Positions 1 through 7,725 of a DNA stretch of 64,000 bases are shown here, in pieces. The first letter of the stretch is position 1, and each line of letters begins with the position of its first letter. The stretch is from an uncultured Pseudomonadota bacterium (GTDB lineage: Bacteria > Pseudomonadota > Alphaproteobacteria > JACZXZ01), in contig CAVVLJ010000020.1 in the NCBI GenBank assembly GCA_963749075.1, positions 448,001-512,000 of the forward strand, given 5' to 3'. Under the pieces are notes generated by a model, which was not told the DNA's origin, made no database searches, and saw only the letters and a list, made by a program, of their open reading frames with translations. Made by a program: the position numbers and the translations under genes.

Positions 1-1
1 C

Positions 2-625
2 GACGACGAGATCGTGCCGCTCAAGACGACCAAGCTCATGGCGAACAAGGAGACCGGCGAGACCTGGACCGAGGAGACGACGCTGGCGCGCGACGAGGGC
101 AACCGCCCCGATACCACGCCCGAGGGCCTCGCCAAGCTCAAGCCCGTGCGCGGCGACGACCAGTTCATCACCGCCGGCAACGCGAGCCAGCTCTCCGACG
201 GCGCCTCGGCCTGCGTCGTCATGGAGGCGAAGGAGGCCGCGCGCCGCGGCTTGGCACCCCTCGGCATCTTCCGCGGCTTCGCGGTCGCCGGCTGCGAGCC
301 CGACGAGATGGGCATCGGCCCGGTCTTCGCGGTGCCGCGCCTCCTCTCGCGCCACGGGCTCAAGATGGACGACATCGATCTCTGGGAGCTCAATGAGGCC
401 TTCGCCGTGCAGGTCGTCTATTGTCGCGACCGCCTCGGCATCCCCCACGAGAGGCTCAACGTCGACGGCGGCGCCGTTGCCGTCGGCCATCCCTACGGCA
501 TGAGCGGCGCGCGCCTCGTGGGCCACGCCCTCATCGAGGGCAAGCGGCGCGGCGCCAAGCACTGCGTCGTCACCATGTGCATCGGCGGCGGCATGGGGGC
601 GGCCGGCCTCTTCGAGGTGGCGTGA
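2..625 (+). CDS. Acetyl-CoA C-acyltransferase (thiolase), 5'-partial
   Basis: Thiolase motifs [41 protein letters not shown]; frame is open to the window edge. Confidence 0.95.
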   Translation, partial: DDEIVPLKTTKLMANKETGETWTEETTLARDEGNRPDTTPEGLAKLKPVRGDDQFITAGNASQLSDGASACVVMEAKEAARRGLAPLGIFRGFAVAGCEPDEMGIGPVFAVPRLLSRHGLKMDDIDLWELNEAFAVQVVYCRDRLGIPHERLNVDGGAVAVGHPYGMSGARLVGHALIEGKRRGAKHCVVTMCIGGGMGAAGLFEVA

Positions 626-632
626 GGGTGCT

Positions 633-1703
633 GTGAGCGCGGACGCGGTCGATCTCATCGAGCCGCGCAAGGGCGAGGAGCTCGACACAAGCCGCCTCGA
701 GCCGTACTTGCGCGCGCATCTGCCGGCGGCCGACGGGCCCTTCTCCTTCCGCCAGTTCGGCGGCGGCCATGCCAACCTCACCTACGAGGTGCGCTTCGGC
801 GCCCACGAATACGTCGTGCGCCGTCCGCCGCTCGGCCCCATAGCCCCCTCGGCCCACGACATGAAGCGCGAGAATCGCGTGCTGGCGACGCTGCCGGACG
901 TCTTCGCGCTGGCGCCCAAGAGCTACCTCTATTGCGGCGACGCTTCGCTCATCGGCGCCGAGTTCCACGTCATGGAGCGCCGCCACGGCATCGTCATCCG
1001 CAGCGACCTGCCCGACGAGTTCAAGGGCGATCTCGCCTTGGCGCGGCGCATCGGCGAGATGATGGTGGACAACCTGGCCCACCTCCACACGGCCGATCCG
1101 GCGGCGGCCGGCTTGGGCGACCTCGGCCGTCCGGACGGCTATGTGGCGCGCCAGCTCGAGGGCTGGACCAAGCGCTGGCACGCCGCCAAGGACAAGGACA
1201 ATGCCAACGTGGACGAGATGGAGCGCTGGCTCCATGCCCGCGTGCCGAGGCCCGAGGCCGTCTCGCTCCTGCACAACGACTACAAGCTCGACAACATGAT
1301 CGTCGACGCGCACGACCCGGGGCGCGCGGTGGCGGTGCTCGACTGGGACATGTGCACGCGCGGCGATCCCCTCATGGACCTCGGCTACATGCTCAACTAC
1401 TGGTCCGAGGCGGGCGACGATCCGGCGTGGCGGCAGGCCGCCTTCATGCCGACCTGGTACCCGGGCTTCCCGAGCCGCCGGGAGGCCGTCGAGCGCTACG
1501 CCGGGAAGACCGGCTTCGCGCTCGCCGACGTGCGCTGGTACCACGTCTTCGGCGTCTTCAAGCTGACCGGCGTCATCCAGCAGATCTACATCCGCTACCT
1601 GCGCGGCCAGACCACGGACGCCCGCTTCGCCGCCTTCGGCCAGCGCGTGGCGACGCTTGCGGAGAAGGGTGCCGCCCTCATCGCGGGCGAAGCGGGGCCG
1701 TGA
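633..1703 (+). CDS. APH/choline-kinase-like phosphotransferase (ACAD10/11 N-terminal type)
   Basis: GGGHANLTY, RRPPLG, HNDYKLDN, VLDWDM, GDPLMDLG motifs; directly follows the thiolase. Confidence 0.9.
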   Translation: MSADAVDLIEPRKGEELDTSRLEPYLRAHLPAADGPFSFRQFGGGHANLTYEVRFGAHEYVVRRPPLGPIAPSAHDMKRENRVLATLPDVFALAPKSYLYCGDASLIGAEFHVMERRHGIVIRSDLPDEFKGDLALARRIGEMMVDNLAHLHTADPAAAGLGDLGRPDGYVARQLEGWTKRWHAAKDKDNANVDEMERWLHARVPRPEAVSLLHNDYKLDNMIVDAHDPGRAVAVLDWDMCTRGDPLMDLGYMLNYWSEAGDDPAWRQAAFMPTWYPGFPSRREAVERYAGKTGFALADVRWYHVFGVFKLTGVIQQIYIRYLRGQTTDARFAAFGQRVATLAEKGAALIAGEAGP

Positions 1704-1740
1704 GGCCGGCGGCGGAAAACTCGGCCCCGCCTCAAGCGGG

Positions 1741-1797
1741 CGCTGAATTTCTTGTCGCTGAATTTCTTGTCGCTGAATTTCTTGTCGCTGAATTTCT
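1741..1797. repeat. 15-bp tandem repeat (CGCTGAATTTCTTGT) x3.8
   Basis: Read directly; perfect units, no spacers. Confidence 0.95.
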
Positions 1798-1807
1798 CCG
1801 GCCGATG

Positions 1808-1826
1808 ATGTAAAAGAAGCTAACAT
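1808..1826. promoter_or_regulatory. Putative TetR operator ATGTAA-N7-TAACAT overlapping the tetR start codon
   Basis: Near-identical to the perfect palindrome at 2521-2539. Confidence 0.65.
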
Positions 1827-2481
1827 GACTTGGACCGGACCGGGCGGCGGCCACGAGCGGCGCGGCTATCACCACGGCAATCTGCGCGAGGCGCTGATCG
1901 AGGCGGCGCTGGCGCTGATCGCGGAGAAGGGCCCGGCCGGCTTCACGGTGGCCGAGGCGGCGCGGCTCGCAGGCGTCAGCCCCGCCGCACCCTATCGCCA
2001 TTTCCGCGACGCCGAGGCGCTCCTGGCCGAGGTGGCGCTCCGCGGCTTCGAGCATTTCGCAGCTGCCCTCGCCCGCGCCTGGAACGACGGCCGGCCCAAC
2101 CCGCTCCGCGCCTTCGAGAACGTTGGCCGCGCCTATCTCGCCTTTGCGCGCGACGAGCCCGCCTATTATGCCGCGATGTTCGAGACGCGCATCGCCTTCG
2201 AGGGCTACCCGCCGCTGCGCGCCGCCGCCGACCGCGCCTTCGCCATTCTGCGCGAGGCCGCCGAGCGCGTGGCCGCGACCTTGCCCAAGGCCAGCCGCCC
2301 GCCCTCGCTCATGATTGCGCTCCATGTCTGGGCGCTCTCGCACGGCATCGCCTCGCTCTTCTGCCGTGCCGATGCGGCGCGACGCAAGCTGCCGATGTCG
2401 CCCGAGGAGCTGCTCGAAGCCGGCGTGCTGCTCTATCTGCAAAGCCTCGGCCTGGCAGGCGGGGCAGGGAAGGATAAATAG
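1825..2481 (+). CDS. TetR/AcrR family transcriptional regulator
   Basis: YHHGNLREALIEAA...AGVSPAAPYRHF HTH; WALSHG C-terminal motif. Confidence 0.95.
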   Translation: MTWTGPGGGHERRGYHHGNLREALIEAALALIAEKGPAGFTVAEAARLAGVSPAAPYRHFRDAEALLAEVALRGFEHFAAALARAWNDGRPNPLRAFENVGRAYLAFARDEPAYYAAMFETRIAFEGYPPLRAAADRAFAILREAAERVAATLPKASRPPSLMIALHVWALSHGIASLFCRADAARRKLPMSPEELLEAGVLLYLQSLGLAGGAGKDK

Positions 2482-2495
2482 CGCATCTCTCCCCC

Positions 2496-2539
2496 TTGAC
2501 TCCCGCGCCTCGACGGAGTTATGTAAATGTATCTTACAT
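2496..2539 (+). promoter_or_regulatory. sigma70-like promoter (TTGACT -35) overlapped by palindrome ATGTAA-N7-TTACAT
   Basis: TTGACT 2496-2501; perfect inverted repeat 2521-2539 over the -10 region. Confidence 0.65.
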
Positions 2540-2555
2540 TCACATGAGGCCAGCC

Positions 2556-3065
2556 ATGACCAGCGCCGCAAATGATCAAGCCTATGGCGGTCCCAACTGG
2601 GGTCGGGGCCCCAACGCGCAAGGCGGCCCGTGGGGCCATCGCTATTGGGACATGCTGCCGCCTTGGATGCCGTTCCATGCGGTGAAGCCGCTCATCGTCG
2701 TGGCGATGGTCTTGGGCTTCATCTTCTGGTGGCCGATCGGTCTGGTGCTGCTCGGCGTTCTCATATGGAGCAAACGGATGTGGTACCACAACTATGGCCG
2801 CCACGGCGGCTGGCCGGGCCGTCGCGGCCCGTGGCAGGGTTGGAAGAGCTGGTCCGGCGGCTGCGGCGCCTCGTCATCGAGCGGCAACGCCGCCTTCGAC
2901 GAATATCGCGCCGAGACGCTCAGCCGTCTCGAGGACGAGCAGAAGGAGTTTGCCGAATTCCTCGACCGGCTGCGCGTCGCCAAGGACAAGGCCGAGTTCG
3001 ATCAGTTCATGAATGACCGCCGCCAGCGGCCGGAGACGCCGCCGGAGCAGCCGCAGCCGGCCTGA
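2556..3065 (+). CDS. DUF2852-type membrane protein
   Basis: MVLGFIFWWPIGL TM segment; SGNAAFDEYRAETLSRLEDEQKEFAEFLDRLRVAKDKAEFDQFM signature. Confidence 0.9.
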   Translation: MTSAANDQAYGGPNWGRGPNAQGGPWGHRYWDMLPPWMPFHAVKPLIVVAMVLGFIFWWPIGLVLLGVLIWSKRMWYHNYGRHGGWPGRRGPWQGWKSWSGGCGASSSSGNAAFDEYRAETLSRLEDEQKEFAEFLDRLRVAKDKAEFDQFMNDRRQRPETPPEQPQPA

Positions 3066-3099
3066 GCGCGATCGGCGCCGGCGTCGGTCCGGCGCCGCC

Positions 3100-3885
3100 T
3101 CACCCGTAGCGCGCGCCGGAGATGGTGGCGCCGCCGTCGATGACGATCGTCTGGCCGGTGATGAAGCTGCCGGCGCGGCTCGCCAGCATGACGGCGGCAC
3201 CCGCGATCTCCTGCGGCTCGCCGATGCGGCCCAAGGGATAGCTCTCGACGGCGCGCTTGTAGGTCTCCGGGTTCTCCCAGAGCGCGCGCGCGAAATCGGT
3301 GCGGATGATCGCAGGGGCGAGGCAGTTGGCGCGGATGTTCCGGCGCCCCCACTCCACCGCGATGTTGCGCGCGAGCTGCAGGTCGGCCGCCTTGGAGAGG
3401 CCGTAGATGCCGAGCTTGTCGTTGCCCTTCAAGGCCGCGATCGACGAGACGATGATGACGACGCCGTCCTTGCGCTCGGCCATGCCGGGGAGCACCTTGT
3501 TGCACAGCCACAGGTTGCTCTTCACGTTGGTCGACATGATCTTGTCGTAGGCCTCCTCGCTCACCCCCGCCATCGGCCCGAAGTAGGGGTTCGTCGCCGC
3601 GTTGCACACCAGGATGTCGATGCGGCCCCACTCCGCGAGCGTGCGCTCGACGAGGCCGTCGAGCTCGGGGAGGCGCGAGACGTTGCAGGGAATGGCGACC
3701 GCCGTGCCGCCCGCGGCACGGATGGCGCCCGCCACCTCTTCGCATTGCAGCACCTTGCGGCTCGAGATCGCCACCTTGGCGCCGAAGGCGGCCATGGCCT
3801 CGGCGATCGCCTTGCCGATGCCGCGGGTGGCGCCGGTGACGACGGCCACCTTGCCGGAGAGATCGAAGAGATCCTTCATGCTCAT
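3100..3885 (-). CDS. Short-chain dehydrogenase/reductase
   Basis: TGATRGIG, NAATNPYFG, YGLSK catalytic motif. Confidence 0.95.
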   Translation of the reverse strand: MSMKDLFDLSGKVAVVTGATRGIGKAIAEAMAAFGAKVAISSRKVLQCEEVAGAIRAAGGTAVAIPCNVSRLPELDGLVERTLAEWGRIDILVCNAATNPYFGPMAGVSEEAYDKIMSTNVKSNLWLCNKVLPGMAERKDGVVIIVSSIAALKGNDKLGIYGLSKAADLQLARNIAVEWGRRNIRANCLAPAIIRTDFARALWENPETYKRAVESYPLGRIGEPQEIAGAAVMLASRAGSFITGQTIVIDGGATISGARYG

Positions 3886-3977
3886 GGCGCTTGCCCTTTG
3901 CGCTGGCGGGAGCGAGGCGGCGGCGGCTATGATCGGGCAATCATAGCAAGCTTTCGCGCGAGCCAGGGAGGGGTGCC

Positions 3978-5174
3978 GTGCGCCTTAAGCTCGATGCCGC
4001 CAATACGGCCTTCCGCGACGAGGTGCGCCGCTTCATCGATGGAGAGCTGCCCCAGGACATCCGCGCCCGCGTCGAGGCGGGAAAGCGGCTCTCCAAGGAG
4101 GACCACGTCCTCTGGCAGCGCATCCTCAATCGCCGGGGCTGGCTGGCGCCGGGCTGGCCGGCCGAGCATGGCGGCACCGGCTGGAGCCCGATCCAGCGCG
4201 TCATCTTCGAGACCGAGCTCGGCCTCGCCCCGGCACCTCCGGTCATCGCCTTCGGGGTCAATTACGTGGGCCCCGTCATCATCGCCTTCGGCAACGCGGC
4301 GCAGAAGAGGCACTATCTCCCGCGCATCCTCGAGAGCGAGGACTGGTGGTGCCAGGGCTATTCCGAGCCCGAGGCCGGCTCGGACCTGGCGGCGCTCAGG
4401 ACGCGCGCGGAGCCGGACGGCGAGCACTACCGCGTCAACGGCTCGAAGACCTGGACGACCTACGCGCAATATGCCGACATGATCTTCTGCCTGGTGCGCA
4501 CACCCGGTGCCGGGAAGAAGCAGGAGAGCATCTCCTTCCTCCTGATCGACATGAAGAGCCCCGGCATCGCGGTGACGCCGATCGTCACCATGGACGGCGG
4601 CCGCGAGGTCAACACGGTGTTCTTCGACAATGTGCGCGTGCCCAAGGCGAACCTCGTCGGCGAGGAGGGCAGGGGCTGGACCTATGCCAAATATCTCCTC
4701 GCCCACGAGCGCACCGGCATCGCCCGCGTCGGGCTCTCGACCCGGCTCCTGGCCAGGCTCAAGGCGGTCGCCGCCGCGGAGATGAGCCGCGGCCGGCCGC
4801 TCGCCGAGGACCCGGAGTTCCGCGCCAAGATCGCCGCCGTCGAGATCGATCTCCTGGCCCTCGAGGCGAGCGTCTTCCGCATCGCCTCGACGCAAGAGCC
4901 CGGCAAGCCGCCCGGGCCGGAATCCTCCATCCTCAAGATCAAGGGCTCGCTCATCCAGCAGACCCTCGCCGAGCTCCTGATGGAAGCCGCCGGCGTCTAC
5001 GCGCTGCCTTATCTCCCCGAATGGTTCGAGCCCGGCTGGAACGGCGAGCCCGTGGGGCCCGACCACGCGCCGCCGCTCGCCTCGCGCTACTTCAATTGGC
5101 GCAAGGTCTCGATCTACGGCGGCTCCAACGAGATCCAGCGCAACATCATCGCCAAGCACATGCTGGGGCTTTGA
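3978..5174 (+). CDS. Acyl-CoA dehydrogenase (PimC-like large subunit type)
   Basis: WCQGYSEPEAGSDLA, NGSKTWTT, SIYGGSNEIQRNII. Confidence 0.93.
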   Translation: MRLKLDAANTAFRDEVRRFIDGELPQDIRARVEAGKRLSKEDHVLWQRILNRRGWLAPGWPAEHGGTGWSPIQRVIFETELGLAPAPPVIAFGVNYVGPVIIAFGNAAQKRHYLPRILESEDWWCQGYSEPEAGSDLAALRTRAEPDGEHYRVNGSKTWTTYAQYADMIFCLVRTPGAGKKQESISFLLIDMKSPGIAVTPIVTMDGGREVNTVFFDNVRVPKANLVGEEGRGWTYAKYLLAHERTGIARVGLSTRLLARLKAVAAAEMSRGRPLAEDPEFRAKIAAVEIDLLALEASVFRIASTQEPGKPPGPESSILKIKGSLIQQTLAELLMEAAGVYALPYLPEWFEPGWNGEPVGPDHAPPLASRYFNWRKVSIYGGSNEIQRNIIAKHMLGL

Positions 5175-5193
5175 GGGGGCGCGCGGGGGCCGG

Positions 5194-5355
5194 TTGCGCG
5201 CCTTGAACCAGCCGGCACGCAGACTTCGGCAGCCCGACGGGCGCTTGCGGCACTGGATCTGGGTCGTGGAGCGCGAGCGCTGGCTTCGCGTCGTCACGGA
5301 GCCTGACGGCGAAACGGTTCATAACGGCTTCTGGGATCGGGGTTTCCAGCCATGA
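5194..5355 (+). pseudogene. 5'-truncated small toxin-like gene (DUF4258/RelE-like partner of DUF2283)
   Basis: Hand translation (not in ORF track): LRALNQPARRLRQPDGRLRHWIWVVERERWLRVVTEPDGETVHNGFWDRGFQP*; stop overlaps the next ATG. Confidence 0.65.
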
Positions 5356-5603
5356 CAGTCGAGCCGAGCATCCGTTACTACCCAGACACCGGTACGATGG
5401 CGATCGAGATTCGCCCATGGCCGGCACATTCCGGCGGCGATGTGTCGGCAATAGGCGGTAAGGATTCGGGTGAGGATTTGGTCATCCATTATGCGGCGGA
5501 CGGGCAGCCGTGGCTTTGGGAAATCGAGCATGCCTCGGCCCATCCCGAGCATATCGCGGCGGCGCTCGAGCAGATTCGCCGCCAAAGCTCGATCGCCGCA
5601 TAG
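5352..5603 (+). CDS. DUF2283-like small protein (putative antitoxin)
   Basis: IRYYPDTGTMAIEI...DLVIHYAADGQPWLWEIEHAS pattern. Confidence 0.75.
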   Translation: MTVEPSIRYYPDTGTMAIEIRPWPAHSGGDVSAIGGKDSGEDLVIHYAADGQPWLWEIEHASAHPEHIAAALEQIRRQSSIAA

Positions 5604-5659
5604 CCCGCGAGGCAGCGGACAAAGCCGCTTCCGCACTTGGAATTGGACGAGAGCACCCG

Positions 5660-6811
5660 ATGGATCTCTCGCTGAGCGACGAGCAGCGGCTCCTCCAGGA
5701 GAGCGTCGAGCGTTTCCTCGCCAAGGAATATCCCTTCGACAAGCGGCGCGCGTTGCTCGCGAGCGAGCTCGGCTTCAGCCGCGCCATCTGGGCGCAGTTC
5801 GCCGAGCTCGGCTGGCTCGGTATCGGCATCCCGGAGCCGCTCGGCGGGCTCGGCGGCGGCGCCGTCGAGAGCGCCATCGTCATGCAGGGCATCGGGCGGC
5901 ACCTCGTGCTCGAGCCCTATCTTGCGAGCGCCGTGCTGGGCCGCAGCCTGCTCGCGAAGGCGGGCGGTGCCGCGGCCGGCCTCCTCCCCGAGCTCGTCAA
6001 GGGCCGGCTCATGGTGGCGCTCGCCCACGACGAGCCCAAGGCGCGCTTCGAGCTCGCCCATGTGGAGACGCGGGCCGAGCGTGCGGGCGGCGGCTTCAGG
6101 CTCTCAGGCCACAAGGCCGTCGCACTCGGAGCACCGAGCGCCGACCGCCTCATCGTCTCCGCGCGCACTGCGGGCGGCGTTGCCGAGCGGGACGGCATCA
6201 CGCTCTTCCTCGTGCCGCGGGAGGCGGCGGGCCTCAGCCTCGTGCCCTATCGCACGGCCTGCGGCCAGCGCGCGGCGGAGGTCAGGCTCGCGGGCGTCGC
6301 CGTGCCGGCCGAGGCGATTCTCGGCGAGCTCGACCGCGGCTCAACGCTCCTCGAGCATGCCCTCGACGAGGCGCTTGCAGCACTGGCCGCCGAGGCGGTG
6401 GGCGCCATGGAGGCGCTCCTCGCCATGACGTGCGGCTATCTCAAGACGCGCAAGCAGTTCGGCGTGCCGATCGGCAGCTTCCAGGTGCTGCAGCACCGCC
6501 TCGTCGACATGCTCATGGCCTTGGAGCTCGCGCGCTCGACGGCGGCGGCCGCGGCGCACATCCTCGCCCAGGACGGCTCGCAAGCGGACGTGACCTACCG
6601 TGCGCGCGCCGCGGCGGCGGCCAAGGTGCAGGCCGGCCGCGCCGGACGGCTCGTCGGCCAGGAGGCGGTGCAGCTCCACGGCGGCATGGGCATGACCGAC
6701 GAGCTCGCCGTCGGCCACTACCTCAAGCGCCTCGCCATGATCGACGTGAGCTTCGGCAACGCCGATCACCACCAGCGCCGCTTCGCCGAGCTCGAGCCCG
6801 CCGCCGCTTGA
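5660..6811 (+). CDS. Acyl-CoA dehydrogenase (PimD-like small subunit type)
   Basis: MDLSLSDEQRLL, RKQFGVPIGSFQVLQHR, VQLHGGMGMTDE. Confidence 0.93.
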   Translation: MDLSLSDEQRLLQESVERFLAKEYPFDKRRALLASELGFSRAIWAQFAELGWLGIGIPEPLGGLGGGAVESAIVMQGIGRHLVLEPYLASAVLGRSLLAKAGGAAAGLLPELVKGRLMVALAHDEPKARFELAHVETRAERAGGGFRLSGHKAVALGAPSADRLIVSARTAGGVAERDGITLFLVPREAAGLSLVPYRTACGQRAAEVRLAGVAVPAEAILGELDRGSTLLEHALDEALAALAAEAVGAMEALLAMTCGYLKTRKQFGVPIGSFQVLQHRLVDMLMALELARSTAAAAAHILAQDGSQADVTYRARAAAAAKVQAGRAGRLVGQEAVQLHGGMGMTDELAVGHYLKRLAMIDVSFGNADHHQRRFAELEPAAA

Positions 6812-6822
6812 ATGCGGCGGCG

Positions 6823-7188
6823 CTACGGCTTGGCGGCCGGCGCCGTCGCGGGCGGTGTCGCGGCGGGTGCCGGCTGGGCCGGGGCCGGGGTCGGAGACGC
6901 GGCGGCCGGCGGCGCTGCCGTCCTCGGCGCGCGCGGGGCGCGCGGCGGCCGCGGCGGGAGGGCCGCCAGCACCTCCGCCTCGGCCTGCTTCACGAGATCG
7001 AGCGCCTTGGCGCGGTGCCCGTCGAAATCCTGGGCCGCCTGCGTGAGGTGGCGCTCGGTGGTGTGGATGGAGCGCAGGGCCAGCCGCATCTGACGGACCT
7101 CCGGGCTTTCCGCTGCGAAGGCGTTTCCGGCTGCACTGACCGCGATGATGACCACCGCGGCCGCCGCGGCGTAACGCAGGTTCGACAT
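6823..7188 (-). CDS. Small secreted helical protein with Pro/Ala-rich tail
   Basis: Signal peptide ending AFA; HLTQAAQDFDGHRAKALDLVKQAEAEV; AGGGAG RBS. Confidence 0.7.
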   Translation of the reverse strand: MSNLRYAAAAAVVIIAVSAAGNAFAAESPEVRQMRLALRSIHTTERHLTQAAQDFDGHRAKALDLVKQAEAEVLAALPPRPPRAPRAPRTAAPPAAASPTPAPAQPAPAATPPATAPAAKP

Positions 7189-7426
7189 TCGACGCTCCCT
7201 CTTTATGGCAAGGCCCGCTGAGCCTGCATTGCTCGGCGAATAGCGCCAGAGTGTAGAACATGATCTGATATCTCGCCACAAGAGATTTTTTAGAATTATA
7301 GCTCTCGATAGAAATAATAACTTCCGTTATAACACTCAATGAGAGCGGGGCGGGCGGCCCCATGGCATTCTTAGTATCGGCGAACGCTGCGGAGGACGCG
7401 TCGCGTCTGGTACTGGGTCAGTTTCG

Positions 7427-7539
7427 CCTCCTCCTTCGAGACGCCGCCTACGGCGGCTCCTCAGGATGAGGCGAAACCCTAAGCACCGAGTCCTCATCCT
7501 GAGGAGCGTCGCGCTTGCGACGCGTCTCGAAGGATGAGG
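7427..7539. repeat. REP/RIME-like inverted pair, family A (CCTTCGAGACGC...GCTCCTCAGGATGAGG)
   Basis: Two inverted units; homologous copies near 13222, 19301, 33958 and 42022. Confidence 0.9.
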
Positions 7540-7607
7540 ATTCAGCCAGATTGACCCACTACCTCGCGTCTCGTGCGCTTGTGCCGTGCGGAGGGGCCTG
7601 TTACTCT

Positions 7608-7632
7608 TCTAAAAATTTGCTCGATTTTTAGA
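7608..7632. promoter_or_regulatory. AT-rich palindrome TCTAAAAAT-N7-ATTTTTAGA upstream of tpsA
   Basis: Perfect 9-bp inverted repeat in high-GC DNA. Confidence 0.5.
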
Positions 7633-7725
7633 TAAAAAGGGGCGTCGGCGGCACGCGTCGTCGAAGGGGGCGACAAGCATTGCGACGGCGCCAGCAGGCT
7701 GGCGGCGTCGAGGGGAGCGAGCGGG

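Noticed and set aside
1741-1797. Possible CRISPR array
   Set aside because: 15-bp units are contiguous with no spacers and no cas genes
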